64,000 bases of DNA. It comes from Patescibacteria group bacterium (lineage in GTDB: Bacteria > Patescibacteriota > Minisyncoccia > Minisyncoccales > GWA2-38-27). Location of the stretch: assembly GCA_020148045.1 (NCBI GenBank), contig JAHCRG010000006.1:73909-137908 (forward strand), read 5' to 3'. The notes beneath the pieces are model-generated. The model saw only the letters and a list, made by a program, of their open reading frames with translations, did not search any database and had not been told where the DNA came from. Positions 36,528-45,844 of this stretch are shown here, piece by piece. The position numbers and the translations under genes were made by a program. Numbering within the stretch: position 1 is the stretch's first letter; each line of letters begins with the position of its first letter.

Positions 36528-37704
36528 ATTCTCCTTTTAAGCCCCAGGGAAGGGCATCGGTGATTTTTACTTTAGTAATTTTTCCAATTAGATTTTTTTG
36601 TCCTTTAAATTTTACAGTTTTATAATGAAATGACTTGCCAACTAGGAATTTATCTTTGTAGTTAGTTGGTAAAACTTCAATGGTTTTGCCAATATATTTT
36701 TTATTGTTCTCAAGGGCAGTTTGTTTGAGGATTTCTGTTAGAACCTTTTCTCTTCTATGTTTTTCTTTTTGAGGAACATTATCTTTTAATTTGGCAGCTG
36801 CTGTTCCCGCTCTTGGAGAATATTTAGCAATATATGCCATGTCATATTTTATTTCTTTAAAAAGTTTAGCAGTATTATTAAATTGTTTCTTTGTTTCTCC
36901 TGGAAAACCAACAATTACATCAGTAGATAAGGTAATATTTGGAATTTCTCTTTTAATTTTGCTTATAATCTTTTTGTATTGAGTAATAGTATATGGACGG
37001 TTCATTTTTTTTAAAATTTCATCATTACCTGCCTGAACTGGTAAATTAAGATATTTAGTAACTTTTTGGCATTTAGTCATGGCATCAATAAATTCATCTG
37101 AGAAGTCCTTTGGATGAGATGAAGTAAACCTAATCCAGAATTCTCCTGGAATATCATTAACTTTTCTGAGAAGTTGAGGGAACGAGATATTTGAGTATGA
37201 ATTGACGTTCTGACCTAATAACCAGATTTCTTTAAATCCTTGTTTGATTAATCTTTTTATTTCACAGATAATTTCCTCTGCTGGTCGTGATGTTTCTCCA
37301 CCCCTGGTGTAGGGAACAACACAATAAGCGCAGAAGTTATTACAACCTCTCATTATCGGCACAAAAGCAGAGAAATTATTTGAGTATTCTGGTTCAATAT
37401 CTTTAATCAAATCTTTAATCTCCACAACTTCATCAAACTCTTCAGAAAGTTTTCTTCTGTCTTTTTTTAATATACACCCAGTTAGAATAGTCCGCCTGCC
37501 GGCAGGCAAGTTTTTTATTTTCGGCAGTAATCCATGAACTCTATCAACTGCTGATTGCCTAACAGAACACATATTAACTACTATCAAATCAGCCCCATCA
37601 ATTTTTTGAGCTGGTTTATACCCTTTGTTTTCCAAAACTGCTGTAATTCTCTCGCTGTCTGATTTATTCATTTGACATCCATAGGTAATTAGAAAGTATT
37701 TCAT
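36526..37704 (-). CDS. miaB: radical-SAM tRNA methylthiotransferase (MiaB family)
   Basis: TYGCQMNKSDSE (UPF0004 N-domain), CNNFCAYCVVP radical-SAM cluster, C-terminal TRAM-like domain; miaA is nearby. Confidence 0.8.
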   Translation of the reverse strand: MKYFLITYGCQMNKSDSERITAVLENKGYKPAQKIDGADLIVVNMCSVRQSAVDRVHGLLPKIKNLPAGRRTILTGCILKKDRRKLSEEFDEVVEIKDLIKDIEPEYSNNFSAFVPIMRGCNNFCAYCVVPYTRGGETSRPAEEIICEIKRLIKQGFKEIWLLGQNVNSYSNISFPQLLRKVNDIPGEFWIRFTSSHPKDFSDEFIDAMTKCQKVTKYLNLPVQAGNDEILKKMNRPYTITQYKKIISKIKREIPNITLSTDVIVGFPGETKKQFNNTAKLFKEIKYDMAYIAKYSPRAGTAAAKLKDNVPQKEKHRREKVLTEILKQTALENNKKYIGKTIEVLPTNYKDKFLVGKSFHYKTVKFKGQKNLIGKITKVKITDALPWGLKGE

Positions 37705-37741
37705 ACAGATTGATTCTACAATAAAATCCTTCGGTTTTCAA

Positions 37742-37774
37742 CCTAAAAACTCCGCTTGTAAACGGAGTTTTAGG
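37742..37774 (-). terminator. hairpin downstream of the Kazal-like gene
   Basis: CCTAAAACTCCG-N7-CGGAGTTTTAGG-type 12-13-bp inverted repeat between 37792 and miaB; no separate U tract. Confidence 0.45.
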
Positions 37775-37791
37775 TATTCCACAAGGGGAGT

Positions 37792-39138
37792 TTATTCTTC
37801 TTCAATTATCTGGCATTTGCCTTCTACGCATTTAGTTTTAACTCCTGTGCATCTTGCAGTAATTGTTCCTGCAGGACCGCATCTTGGTTGGGGACAGTCA
37901 GCATCGGTTTCACATTCTTTTTTTCTGCATTCTCCTTTATAAGCAATTTCTACATTAGTCACTTTAGCATAACAGCTATTTGAGTAGGTTTTTCCATTAA
38001 CTCCACAAACAGGGTCCCACAAAGTAATACAAGCCACAGGCTCTTCAGATATGCTTGGTGTTGTTGGGGTCTCAAGCTCTGCGGGAATTACGCATTTAAA
38101 TTCTATTGCACAGCCTGCTTCATCTCTTTCAACAACAATTCTTCCGTTTGAGCAAAAACCAGGAGCAATTTTTTCTATTAATGGACAGGTTCTTTCTCGG
38201 TTCCTTTCTTGAACTCTTTCCAAAACTCTTTCTCGTATTTCCATTATTTTTCCTTTAAGTCTTGGTGTTTCAAATTTTAGATTTTCTAAGATTTCAAGCT
38301 GCTTCCCCTTATCACCTGAAATTTTATCTATATATTCTTTAAATCTTTCTTGGTCCTCAGGAGACATTTTTTCCAAGTCACCCTTTAATCTTTTAAGAAC
38401 ATTTTCTTGGGCTCCTTGGATTGCTTCTTTTGCTTGCTCTGGAACTTTTTCTCCCAATTCTATTAGAACTTCTAAATTCTTAAAGTTTTTATATTTACTT
38501 CCCTCTATCTCATCCATATTCTCTTCTAAGTTTTCTTTGATTTTTTCTGCCCTGTCTTCAAGTTTTGTCATTACTTCACCGAAGCTCTCTAAGTGTTTTT
38601 CTCTTGCTGCTTCTATTTTTTCAAAAACCTCTGAAGGAACTTGATTTTCTAATTTTTGAAGAACTCTTTGGTGTAAAAATTGATGTCTGGTAAATTTATC
38701 AAGAAATTCTTCTACTTCTTCATTTTCTTCTGCTTTCTGTTTAATATTTTGAACACGAGTCTGAATTCTTTCTAATGCTCTTTCATATTTTTCTGTTGCT
38801 TTTTCTAATATTTTTGGCTCTCCATTTTTCTCAACTAATGCTTTCAGCTCCATTAATTTTTCATTAGCGAATTCTTGCTCTAATTCTGATTTTTTAATTC
38901 TACCGAAAGCAAAGAAAGACATAATTCCTCGCCCCCATTCTTTTAGGAAGTAAAAAGGACTATCTGGTAGAAGTTTCGGCTCTTTTACTCCCAGGTCTTC
39001 TGGTTTAACCTCTTCATCAAGCTCTACCTCTTCTTCGATAGTAGTTTCTTGGGCAAGAGCAGTTAAACCCATAATTAATCCCAAGCAAATTGCAGGGATC
39101 AAAATAAATTTTATTGTACGACACATAGAAATAATCAA
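37792..39138 (-). CDS. secreted coiled-coil protein with three C-terminal Cys-rich modules including a Kazal-like domain
   Basis: Signal/TM IPAICLGLIMGLTALAQE; LPDSPFYFLKEW (DUF5667-like, from memory); long E/K helices; CITLWDPVCGVNGKTYSNSCYAKVTNVEIAYKGEC. Confidence 0.7.
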   Translation of the reverse strand: MIISMCRTIKFILIPAICLGLIMGLTALAQETTIEEEVELDEEVKPEDLGVKEPKLLPDSPFYFLKEWGRGIMSFFAFGRIKKSELEQEFANEKLMELKALVEKNGEPKILEKATEKYERALERIQTRVQNIKQKAEENEEVEEFLDKFTRHQFLHQRVLQKLENQVPSEVFEKIEAAREKHLESFGEVMTKLEDRAEKIKENLEENMDEIEGSKYKNFKNLEVLIELGEKVPEQAKEAIQGAQENVLKRLKGDLEKMSPEDQERFKEYIDKISGDKGKQLEILENLKFETPRLKGKIMEIRERVLERVQERNRERTCPLIEKIAPGFCSNGRIVVERDEAGCAIEFKCVIPAELETPTTPSISEEPVACITLWDPVCGVNGKTYSNSCYAKVTNVEIAYKGECRKKECETDADCPQPRCGPAGTITARCTGVKTKCVEGKCQIIEEE

Positions 39139-39202
39139 CGAATAACGAATCCTGTACGAATTTACGAATTCGTAGATTCGTAAAAACTCGTAATTCGTAG
39201 GG
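39139..39202. repeat. repeat-built palindrome of ACGAATN / NATTCGT heptamers centred on TACGAATTCGTA
   Basis: ACGAATA ACGAATC ..ACGAATT TACGAAT | TCGTAGA TTCGTAA ..TCGTAAT TCGTAGG. Confidence 0.75.
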
Positions 39203-40825
39203 TTAATGGATTTTTTCTTTTTTCTCTTTTAAAAAATATCTCCATTGTTCTAAGAACTCCACAAAGACCAAAAAGGGCATATCTATCAGGGCAGAAAATA
39301 TGGCTGCTATAACATTATATCTTTTCCATTTAACTGTTAGCCACTTTCCTAACTGTATCACGGGCACAGCAAAAGGGTCAACAATGAAATGGAAAAATGA
39401 TTCTTTCTCTTCAATTACCTGTAACTCTTTAGCTCTTTGTCTGATTTTTGCTCCAGCAAAAGCAATCAAAGAGAGAAAGACAACAAAGATTACATAAGAA
39501 AGGGGAGGGAAGTTCACTTGATAGAGCCCCAAGATTATTAAAGCAAGAATAAGACAGAAACCCAAAAGATAGAAAAGATTTATTATTGCGCTTAAAATAA
39601 CGCTTCTTTTGGGAAAAGTTTTTATTTCGTAAACATCCATTTTTTCTCTTTCATGGACAATTTTCATAACTTCCATTACTACCTGTTCTTGGTTTTCCTT
39701 TTTTGGAGGTTTGATAGTTACAACTAAAAGAAACATTAAGAAAGTAGGACCTAAAATATCTACTCCGACAGCTAAGAAATTAAATTGACCGGTAAGGATT
39801 TTAGTGGCTGGGATTTCGATAGCCAAAAGTGAGACAATATTGGTCAGGAAAATAGATAAGGTGGCGTAGAAAGCTGCCCTGGCAAGTCGCGATTTTAAGG
39901 TTTTAACCCTTTTGTTATAGGCCTCTCTGATTAAAGTTTCTAAAACTTCTGGCTTTGATACTTTTTCTTCAATTCCCGTTGGCTCTTTGGAAAGAACATC
40001 TCCTAAAAGCAAGTAGGGAGTATCGTATCTTTCGCAGATTTGATAGAATTTGTCATTTAAAAGATGATTTAAATCTTTTTCTACGCTTTCTCTAATGGAA
40101 TAAATATCTTTGGCAATATTATTAAGTTGAAGTTCTGAAAGGTTTATCCATTCTGGGTACCGGTATTTTAAAAGCTCATAACTAATTACCGGAGCATCTA
40201 ATTTAAAAAGAGCCCTTTGGACAGCAATATAAACTTGAACATTTTTTTCTTTTTCGCTTACCCCTTTTATCTTGAAAACCCCTTCATTTAATCTAATCCT
40301 TTCTTTCATCAATTCAAACATATAATTTATTAGAGCTCTTTCCCTTAGAGAAGGGCTAAGGATTTCTTCTATTTCACAGGCAGCAATTCCTGAGAGCCAG
40401 CTATAAAGTTGAAGTTTTGATTTTTCGGGACCAGAGGAGCTGTGATTTAGAATAAAAATATATTTATCAATTGCTTTTTGGACTTCTTTAATTTTTGATT
40501 CTTCAATTTTATCATTTGGAAAGTGGCCGCCTCGAATTAACTCTAAAACCAAAGGTTTAGCAATTAAACTTCCAGAAAAATTTCCATCAGTTAGGTCTAA
40601 TTGAGAAAAAATCCGTCTTTTTAATATTCTTTCAATTGCCCTTCTTTTTAGAAGATGTTCTTCTTTCCAGTCAATAATTCCTCTTATTTTCTCATAAAAA
40701 GCAGCCACCTTTGAGGCGACTTCGTCCACATGAATAGTTGGCACTTCTTCTGTAGGCTGGAGGGATTGATACCAGGACTGATAACGTTGTATTAGTCTTT
40801 GAGTAGGTTGGGATAATTGTGCCAT
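39203..40825 (-). CDS. 540-aa polytopic membrane protein, unknown function
   Basis: ~320-aa soluble N-terminal region, then at least 4 TM helices (FYATLSIFLTNIVSLLAI, ILGPTFLMFLLVV, LFYLLGFCLILALIILGL, VIFVVFLSLIAFAG). Confidence 0.6.
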   Translation of the reverse strand: MAQLSQPTQRLIQRYQSWYQSLQPTEEVPTIHVDEVASKVAAFYEKIRGIIDWKEEHLLKRRAIERILKRRIFSQLDLTDGNFSGSLIAKPLVLELIRGGHFPNDKIEESKIKEVQKAIDKYIFILNHSSSGPEKSKLQLYSWLSGIAACEIEEILSPSLRERALINYMFELMKERIRLNEGVFKIKGVSEKEKNVQVYIAVQRALFKLDAPVISYELLKYRYPEWINLSELQLNNIAKDIYSIRESVEKDLNHLLNDKFYQICERYDTPYLLLGDVLSKEPTGIEEKVSKPEVLETLIREAYNKRVKTLKSRLARAAFYATLSIFLTNIVSLLAIEIPATKILTGQFNFLAVGVDILGPTFLMFLLVVTIKPPKKENQEQVVMEVMKIVHEREKMDVYEIKTFPKRSVILSAIINLFYLLGFCLILALIILGLYQVNFPPLSYVIFVVFLSLIAFAGAKIRQRAKELQVIEEKESFFHFIVDPFAVPVIQLGKWLTVKWKRYNVIAAIFSALIDMPFLVFVEFLEQWRYFLKEKKEKIH

Positions 40826-40852
40826 AATAAGTTTCCAGAGGCCCGTCCTCTG

Positions 40853-42553
40853 TCACTTCTTCTTTGTTTCTATTTCTATTTTAACTCTATCAATAAATTT
40901 ATCAACTTTCATCATTCCAATATCTCCTTTCTTTCTTTCTCTTACCCTGACTGATTTTGTTTTCATTTCTTTATCACCAACAACTAACATATAAGGGATT
41001 TTTTGGATTTCACCTTCTCGAATTTTCTTAGAAACAGTTTCATTTTCTTCCTTAACTTCTACTCTAAAGGAATTCAGCTCTTTTCCAACTTCTTTAGCAT
41101 ATTTTTTGTGACGAGCTCCTACCGGAATAACCCAGACCTGAACCGGTGCCAGCCATAAGGGTAAAGCTCCTTCATAGTGTTCAAGTAAAATGCCGATAAA
41201 TCTTTCCAGAGAGCCTAACAAAGCCTGATGAATCATAATTGGTTCTTTCTTTTTGCCTTTTTTATCAATATAAGAAACATTAAAGGCCTTTGGTAAGTTA
41301 AAATCAATCTGGAAAGTACTTAATTGCCAGGGTCTTCCCAAAGAATCTTTTATTTTGATATCAATTTTAGGACCGTAAAAAATTCCTCCTCCAGGGTCAA
41401 GTTGGTATTTTAATTTCAATTTTTCAAAAGCATACTTTAGAGAATTAGTAGCTTTTTCCCACATTTTTAAAGCTCCCATAAATTTTTTGGGCCGGGTAGA
41501 TAAATAAATTTCATAATCCTTAAAACCAAAAGTTTTTAGAATTTTAAGACCATATTTTAGGAGAGAAGTTAACTCTTTTGCCATCTGGTCTGGCGTGCAG
41601 AAAATATGGGCGTCATCTTGGGTAAATCCTCGAACCCTGGTTAATCCATGCAAAACCCCTGATTTTTCGTATCTGTAAACAGTTCCCAATTCAGTGAATT
41701 TGATAGGTAAGTCCTTGTAGCTTCTTATTTTTGATTGATAAATTTTAATATGAAAAGGGCAGTTCATTGGTTTTAATAAATATTCTTCTTCATCAATTTT
41801 AATAGGGGAATAGATATTTTCCCGATAAAAATCCCAATGTCCTGAAGTTTTCCAGAGATTCAGGTGTCCAATATGAGGAGTAGTAAGCCATTGATATCCT
41901 TGAGAATCTAGTTCTTCATATATATAGTTTTCAATTATACGACGAAGGATAGTTCCTTTTGGATGCCAAAGAGGAAGGCCAGCCCCAACCTCTTCATTAA
42001 TACTGAATAATTCTAACTTTTGTCCTAATTTTCTATGGTCTCTTTTTTCTGCTTCTTTTTGGACCTTAAGATATTCATTTAATTCTTTTTTAGTTTTAAA
42101 GGCAACTCCATAAATTCGAGTGAGCATCGGATTTTTTTCATTACCTTTCCAATAGGCACCAGCAATTTTTGTCAATTTGAAAGCATCAGGATTTATTTCT
42201 TTTGTTGATTTAACATGAGGCCCTTTGCATAAATCTACAAATTCACCTGTCTGGTAGATTGACAGAGACCCGGCCTCTGATAGTTCTAGCTTGTAGGGTT
42301 GGTTTTTGAATAATTTCTTGGCTTCTATTTTTGAGATTTTTTTCTTTTTGAAAACAACGTCTTTCTTAATTATTTCTTTCATCTTCTTTTCAATTTTCGG
42401 CAAATCAGCATCTGAAATTTTCAAATTGTCAAAATCATAATAAAACCCTTGCTCAATTGCAGGCCCAATACCAAACTTCACTCTTGGATAGAGCTCTTGA
42501 ACAGCGGCCGCTAAAATATGAGCCGATGAATGACGAATGGTATCAATTTTCAT
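40853..42553 (-). CDS. thrS: threonyl-tRNA synthetase, short form (566 aa, no TGS/N1 domain)
   Basis: Begins at the editing/second-additional domain (IRHSSAHILAAAV). DHRKLG, W.PKG, RVRGFTQDDAHIF, and a C-terminal anticodon-binding domain. Confidence 0.9.
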   Translation of the reverse strand: MKIDTIRHSSAHILAAAVQELYPRVKFGIGPAIEQGFYYDFDNLKISDADLPKIEKKMKEIIKKDVVFKKKKISKIEAKKLFKNQPYKLELSEAGSLSIYQTGEFVDLCKGPHVKSTKEINPDAFKLTKIAGAYWKGNEKNPMLTRIYGVAFKTKKELNEYLKVQKEAEKRDHRKLGQKLELFSINEEVGAGLPLWHPKGTILRRIIENYIYEELDSQGYQWLTTPHIGHLNLWKTSGHWDFYRENIYSPIKIDEEEYLLKPMNCPFHIKIYQSKIRSYKDLPIKFTELGTVYRYEKSGVLHGLTRVRGFTQDDAHIFCTPDQMAKELTSLLKYGLKILKTFGFKDYEIYLSTRPKKFMGALKMWEKATNSLKYAFEKLKLKYQLDPGGGIFYGPKIDIKIKDSLGRPWQLSTFQIDFNLPKAFNVSYIDKKGKKKEPIMIHQALLGSLERFIGILLEHYEGALPLWLAPVQVWVIPVGARHKKYAKEVGKELNSFRVEVKEENETVSKKIREGEIQKIPYMLVVGDKEMKTKSVRVRERKKGDIGMMKVDKFIDRVKIEIETKKK

Positions 42554-45500
42554 TTTTGTATAATTTCTTCAACTTCCTCAGCGATTATCTTGGGAACATT
42601 ATCTCTATTATTAACCCTACCTGAGACAAATACAATCTTATTTTCTTGGAAAACAGTAGGATTTCTTTCAATTATTCCCGGAAAAACAACAACTTCGGTT
42701 TTATCAGTTAAATCCTCTAATTTTATAAAAAGCATTGGCTTGCCATTTCTGGTAATGATTTTTTTAATTCCAGAGATAATTCCTCCCACTCTAATTTTTT
42801 GACCCCCTTTATCAATTTTAATTTCGGCAAGTGGTAAGGCCTTTCTTTCTAAAATTCCTCTGAAATCTTCCAGGGGATGGGAGGTTACATAAAGGCCTAA
42901 AAGTTCTTTTTCCCAACTTAATTTTTCAAAATTTGTTGCTGGGGTAGCAAGGACTAAATTTAGGTGATTATTTAAACTGATTCCATCAAAGAGGCCCTTT
43001 TGGCCATTCATTCTCGCTTTTTGGGTTTCTCTTGACCATTCCAGTAATCTTTCTAAATTATGCAATAATTGGCTTCTTTCAGCAAATTCGTCAAAAGCGC
43101 CAGCTTTGATTAAGCTTTCCAAAGATTTTTTATTTAAATCCTTTGAATTAATTCTTTGAGTAAAATCTTCAATGTTTTTAAAGCCACCATTGTTTTTTAT
43201 TTCTTCAACAATTACATCTATTACATTCTCACCAACATTTTTGATAGCCAGAAGTCCGAAACGAATCTTATTTTCCTTGGGCACCACAGTAAAGTTTTTT
43301 AAACTCTCATTAATATTTGGAGGCAAAACCTCAATTCCCATTCTTTTAGATTCTTCAATTAAAACAGCAATTCTTTCAACATCTATTTTTTCAGAGGTTA
43401 AAAGAGAAGCCATAAATTCAACCGGATAGTGAGCTTTTAAATAAGCAGTTTGATAGGCAATCGTTGCATAAGAACAGCTGTGGGAGCGGTTGAAACCGTA
43501 TCTGGCAAAAGGTAAGGTCCACTGCCAGATTTTTTGGGCAACCTCTTTTTTAATTCCATTCTTCACCATCCCTTTAATAAATTTTTCTTCCTGGCTGTGG
43601 AGCAAACTCTCTATTTTCTTGCCAACGGCTTTTCTTAAAACATCAGCTTCAGCAAGTGTGAAGCCAGCTAATTGCTGGGCAATTTGCATTAGTTGTTCCT
43701 GATAGATACAAATACCCTGAGTTTTTTCTAAAATCAGTTTTAGTTTTGGGTGTAAATATTCTATTCTCTGTCTTTTATGTTTTCTGGCAATGTAATCTGG
43801 GATGAACTGGATTGGGCCCGGTCGGTAAAGAGCAATCATAGCAACAATATCTTCAAATTCAGTTGGCTTTAATTGTTTTAGGTATCTTGTCATACCATCT
43901 CCTTCTAATTGGAAGATGCCTTTTGTGTTTCCTTTTTGTAAAACTTTAAATGTTTCTTTATCATCTAAGGGAATATTCTCAATATCTACCTTAAGTCCGT
44001 TTCTAAGAACATATATTCGTGATAAAGTATCTTCAATAATAGTCAGATTTTTCAGACCCAAAAAGTCCATTTTTAAAAGTCCTAAATCTTCAATTGAGTG
44101 CATTTCATACTGGGTAACAATGTTTTCGTCATCTTGGGTAGGATGTTGAAGCGGGATTAAGTTTGAAAGGGACTGGTCGGACATTACTACACCACAAGCA
44201 TGGGTTGAAGCATGGCGAGCTACTCCCTCAAGTTTCTTTGCTAAATCAATTAACTTTTTTGCTTGTTCATCGGTTTCATAAATGTTTTTGAATTCAGCAA
44301 CTCTTTTTAAAGTTTCATCTAAAGTAAAGCCAAAAGGAATCATTTTAGCAATTTGGTCGCAATAATTATAAGTGTAATTTAAGGCCCGGCCAACATCTCT
44401 GATTACTGCCCGGGCAGCCATTGTTCCAAAAGTGATAATTTGAGCAACTTTATCTCTTCCATATTTTTGAGCTACATAGTCAATAACTTCATCCCTTCTT
44501 CTGTCAGTAAAATCAAGGTCAATATCAGGCATTGAAATACGGGAACTGGTCAGGAAACGTTCAAAAAGAAGATTATTCTTAATAGGGTCAACATTAGTGA
44601 TGTTTAGTAAATAAGAAACTAAAGAGCCGGGCGCTGAACCCCTTCCTGGGCCAACAACAATTCTTTGACTTTTAGCCCAATTGACAAAGTCTTGAACAAT
44701 TAAAAAATAAGAAGCAAAGCCAGTTTGTTTAATAACTGAAAGTTCATAATTTAATCTATCTATAATTTCTTTGTTTGTATTATCTTTGAAACGTCTTTTT
44801 AATCCTTGTTTGCAGAGTTCTTCCAGATATTCATCTGGAGTTTTAGCGTTTGGAACTTCAAAATAAGGGAGCTTGGTTTTTCCGAGTTCAAATTCAAAAT
44901 TACAAAGTTCCGCAATTTTTTGAGTATTTTCAATAGCTTCAGGGATATCTTTAAACGCTTCTTCCATTTCTTTTTGAGTTCTTAATGAAAAGTCATCTGC
45001 TTTGATAGTTAGCCGTTCCGGGTCATTTGGGTTAGCGCCGGTATTAATTAACATTAAGATATCCTGGGCTTCAGTATCTTCTGGTTTTAAATAGTGGATA
45101 TCATTAGTTGCCACTAAGGGAATTCCATATTTTTTGGAAATAGAAATTAATTCGTCATTTACAATTTTTTGTTCTCTGATATTTGGATGATGTTGAAGTT
45201 CTAAATAAAAATTATCTTTTCCAAAAATTTCTTGATATTTCTGGACTAATTTTTCTGCTTCTTCAAATTTCTTTGCCACTATTAAACGAGGAATTCTTCC
45301 TGCTAAGCAAGCAGTCATAGCAATAAGTCCTTTGGAATGTTTTGCCAAGAGCTTATCGTCAATTCTTGGCTTATAATAAAAGCCCTCCAGGTGAGCTTTA
45401 GTTATAAGTTTAACTAAATTTTTATAACCTTCTTCATTTTTTGCCAATAGGACCAAATGATATCTTTTATCATCTATGTTTGGCCTTTTCTGGTCCATTC

Positions 45501-45717
45501 CTTCTTGGGCAACATAGACCTCACAGCCAATTATTGGTTTAATTCCTCTTTCTTTAGCTTTTTTATAGAACTCTACAGCTCCATACAAAACTCCGTGGTC
45601 AGTCAAAGCCACAGAATTCATTCCTAATTCTTTAACATAATCCAAAAGCTCATCAATCTTTGGCAGCCCATCAAGCAGGGAATAGTGACTATGGACGTGG
45701 AGGTGAGCGAACTTCAT
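42550..45717 (-). CDS. dnaE: DNA polymerase III alpha subunit
   Basis: PHP domain MKFAHLHVHSHYSLLDG; GSAPGSLVSY.L.IT.VDP; PDIDLDF; OB fold at the C-terminus. Confidence 0.95.
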   Translation of the reverse strand: MKFAHLHVHSHYSLLDGLPKIDELLDYVKELGMNSVALTDHGVLYGAVEFYKKAKERGIKPIIGCEVYVAQEGMDQKRPNIDDKRYHLVLLAKNEEGYKNLVKLITKAHLEGFYYKPRIDDKLLAKHSKGLIAMTACLAGRIPRLIVAKKFEEAEKLVQKYQEIFGKDNFYLELQHHPNIREQKIVNDELISISKKYGIPLVATNDIHYLKPEDTEAQDILMLINTGANPNDPERLTIKADDFSLRTQKEMEEAFKDIPEAIENTQKIAELCNFEFELGKTKLPYFEVPNAKTPDEYLEELCKQGLKRRFKDNTNKEIIDRLNYELSVIKQTGFASYFLIVQDFVNWAKSQRIVVGPGRGSAPGSLVSYLLNITNVDPIKNNLLFERFLTSSRISMPDIDLDFTDRRRDEVIDYVAQKYGRDKVAQIITFGTMAARAVIRDVGRALNYTYNYCDQIAKMIPFGFTLDETLKRVAEFKNIYETDEQAKKLIDLAKKLEGVARHASTHACGVVMSDQSLSNLIPLQHPTQDDENIVTQYEMHSIEDLGLLKMDFLGLKNLTIIEDTLSRIYVLRNGLKVDIENIPLDDKETFKVLQKGNTKGIFQLEGDGMTRYLKQLKPTEFEDIVAMIALYRPGPIQFIPDYIARKHKRQRIEYLHPKLKLILEKTQGICIYQEQLMQIAQQLAGFTLAEADVLRKAVGKKIESLLHSQEEKFIKGMVKNGIKKEVAQKIWQWTLPFARYGFNRSHSCSYATIAYQTAYLKAHYPVEFMASLLTSEKIDVERIAVLIEESKRMGIEVLPPNINESLKNFTVVPKENKIRFGLLAIKNVGENVIDVIVEEIKNNGGFKNIEDFTQRINSKDLNKKSLESLIKAGAFDEFAERSQLLHNLERLLEWSRETQKARMNGQKGLFDGISLNNHLNLVLATPATNFEKLSWEKELLGLYVTSHPLEDFRGILERKALPLAEIKIDKGGQKIRVGGIISGIKKIITRNGKPMLFIKLEDLTDKTEVVVFPGIIERNPTVFQENKIVFVSGRVNNRDNVPKIIAEEVEEIIQK

Positions 45718-45790
45718 TATACCATTTTACATTGCCAGAGAATGTAATGCAAGAGAAAAAATTGGCAGACCTGGTCTCTCAATTAAAACA

Positions 45791-45816
45791 GGCCGAGAGG
45801 TTACACCTTCCCGGCC
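45791..45816 (-). terminator. hairpin GGCCGGGAAGGTGTAACCTCTCGGCC downstream of the GLxx-repeat gene
   Basis: GGCCG...CGGCC stem followed on the minus strand by TGTTTTAATT. Confidence 0.5.
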
Positions 45817-45844
45817 TTTGCAGTTTGGTTGGTATGTTTGGCAG

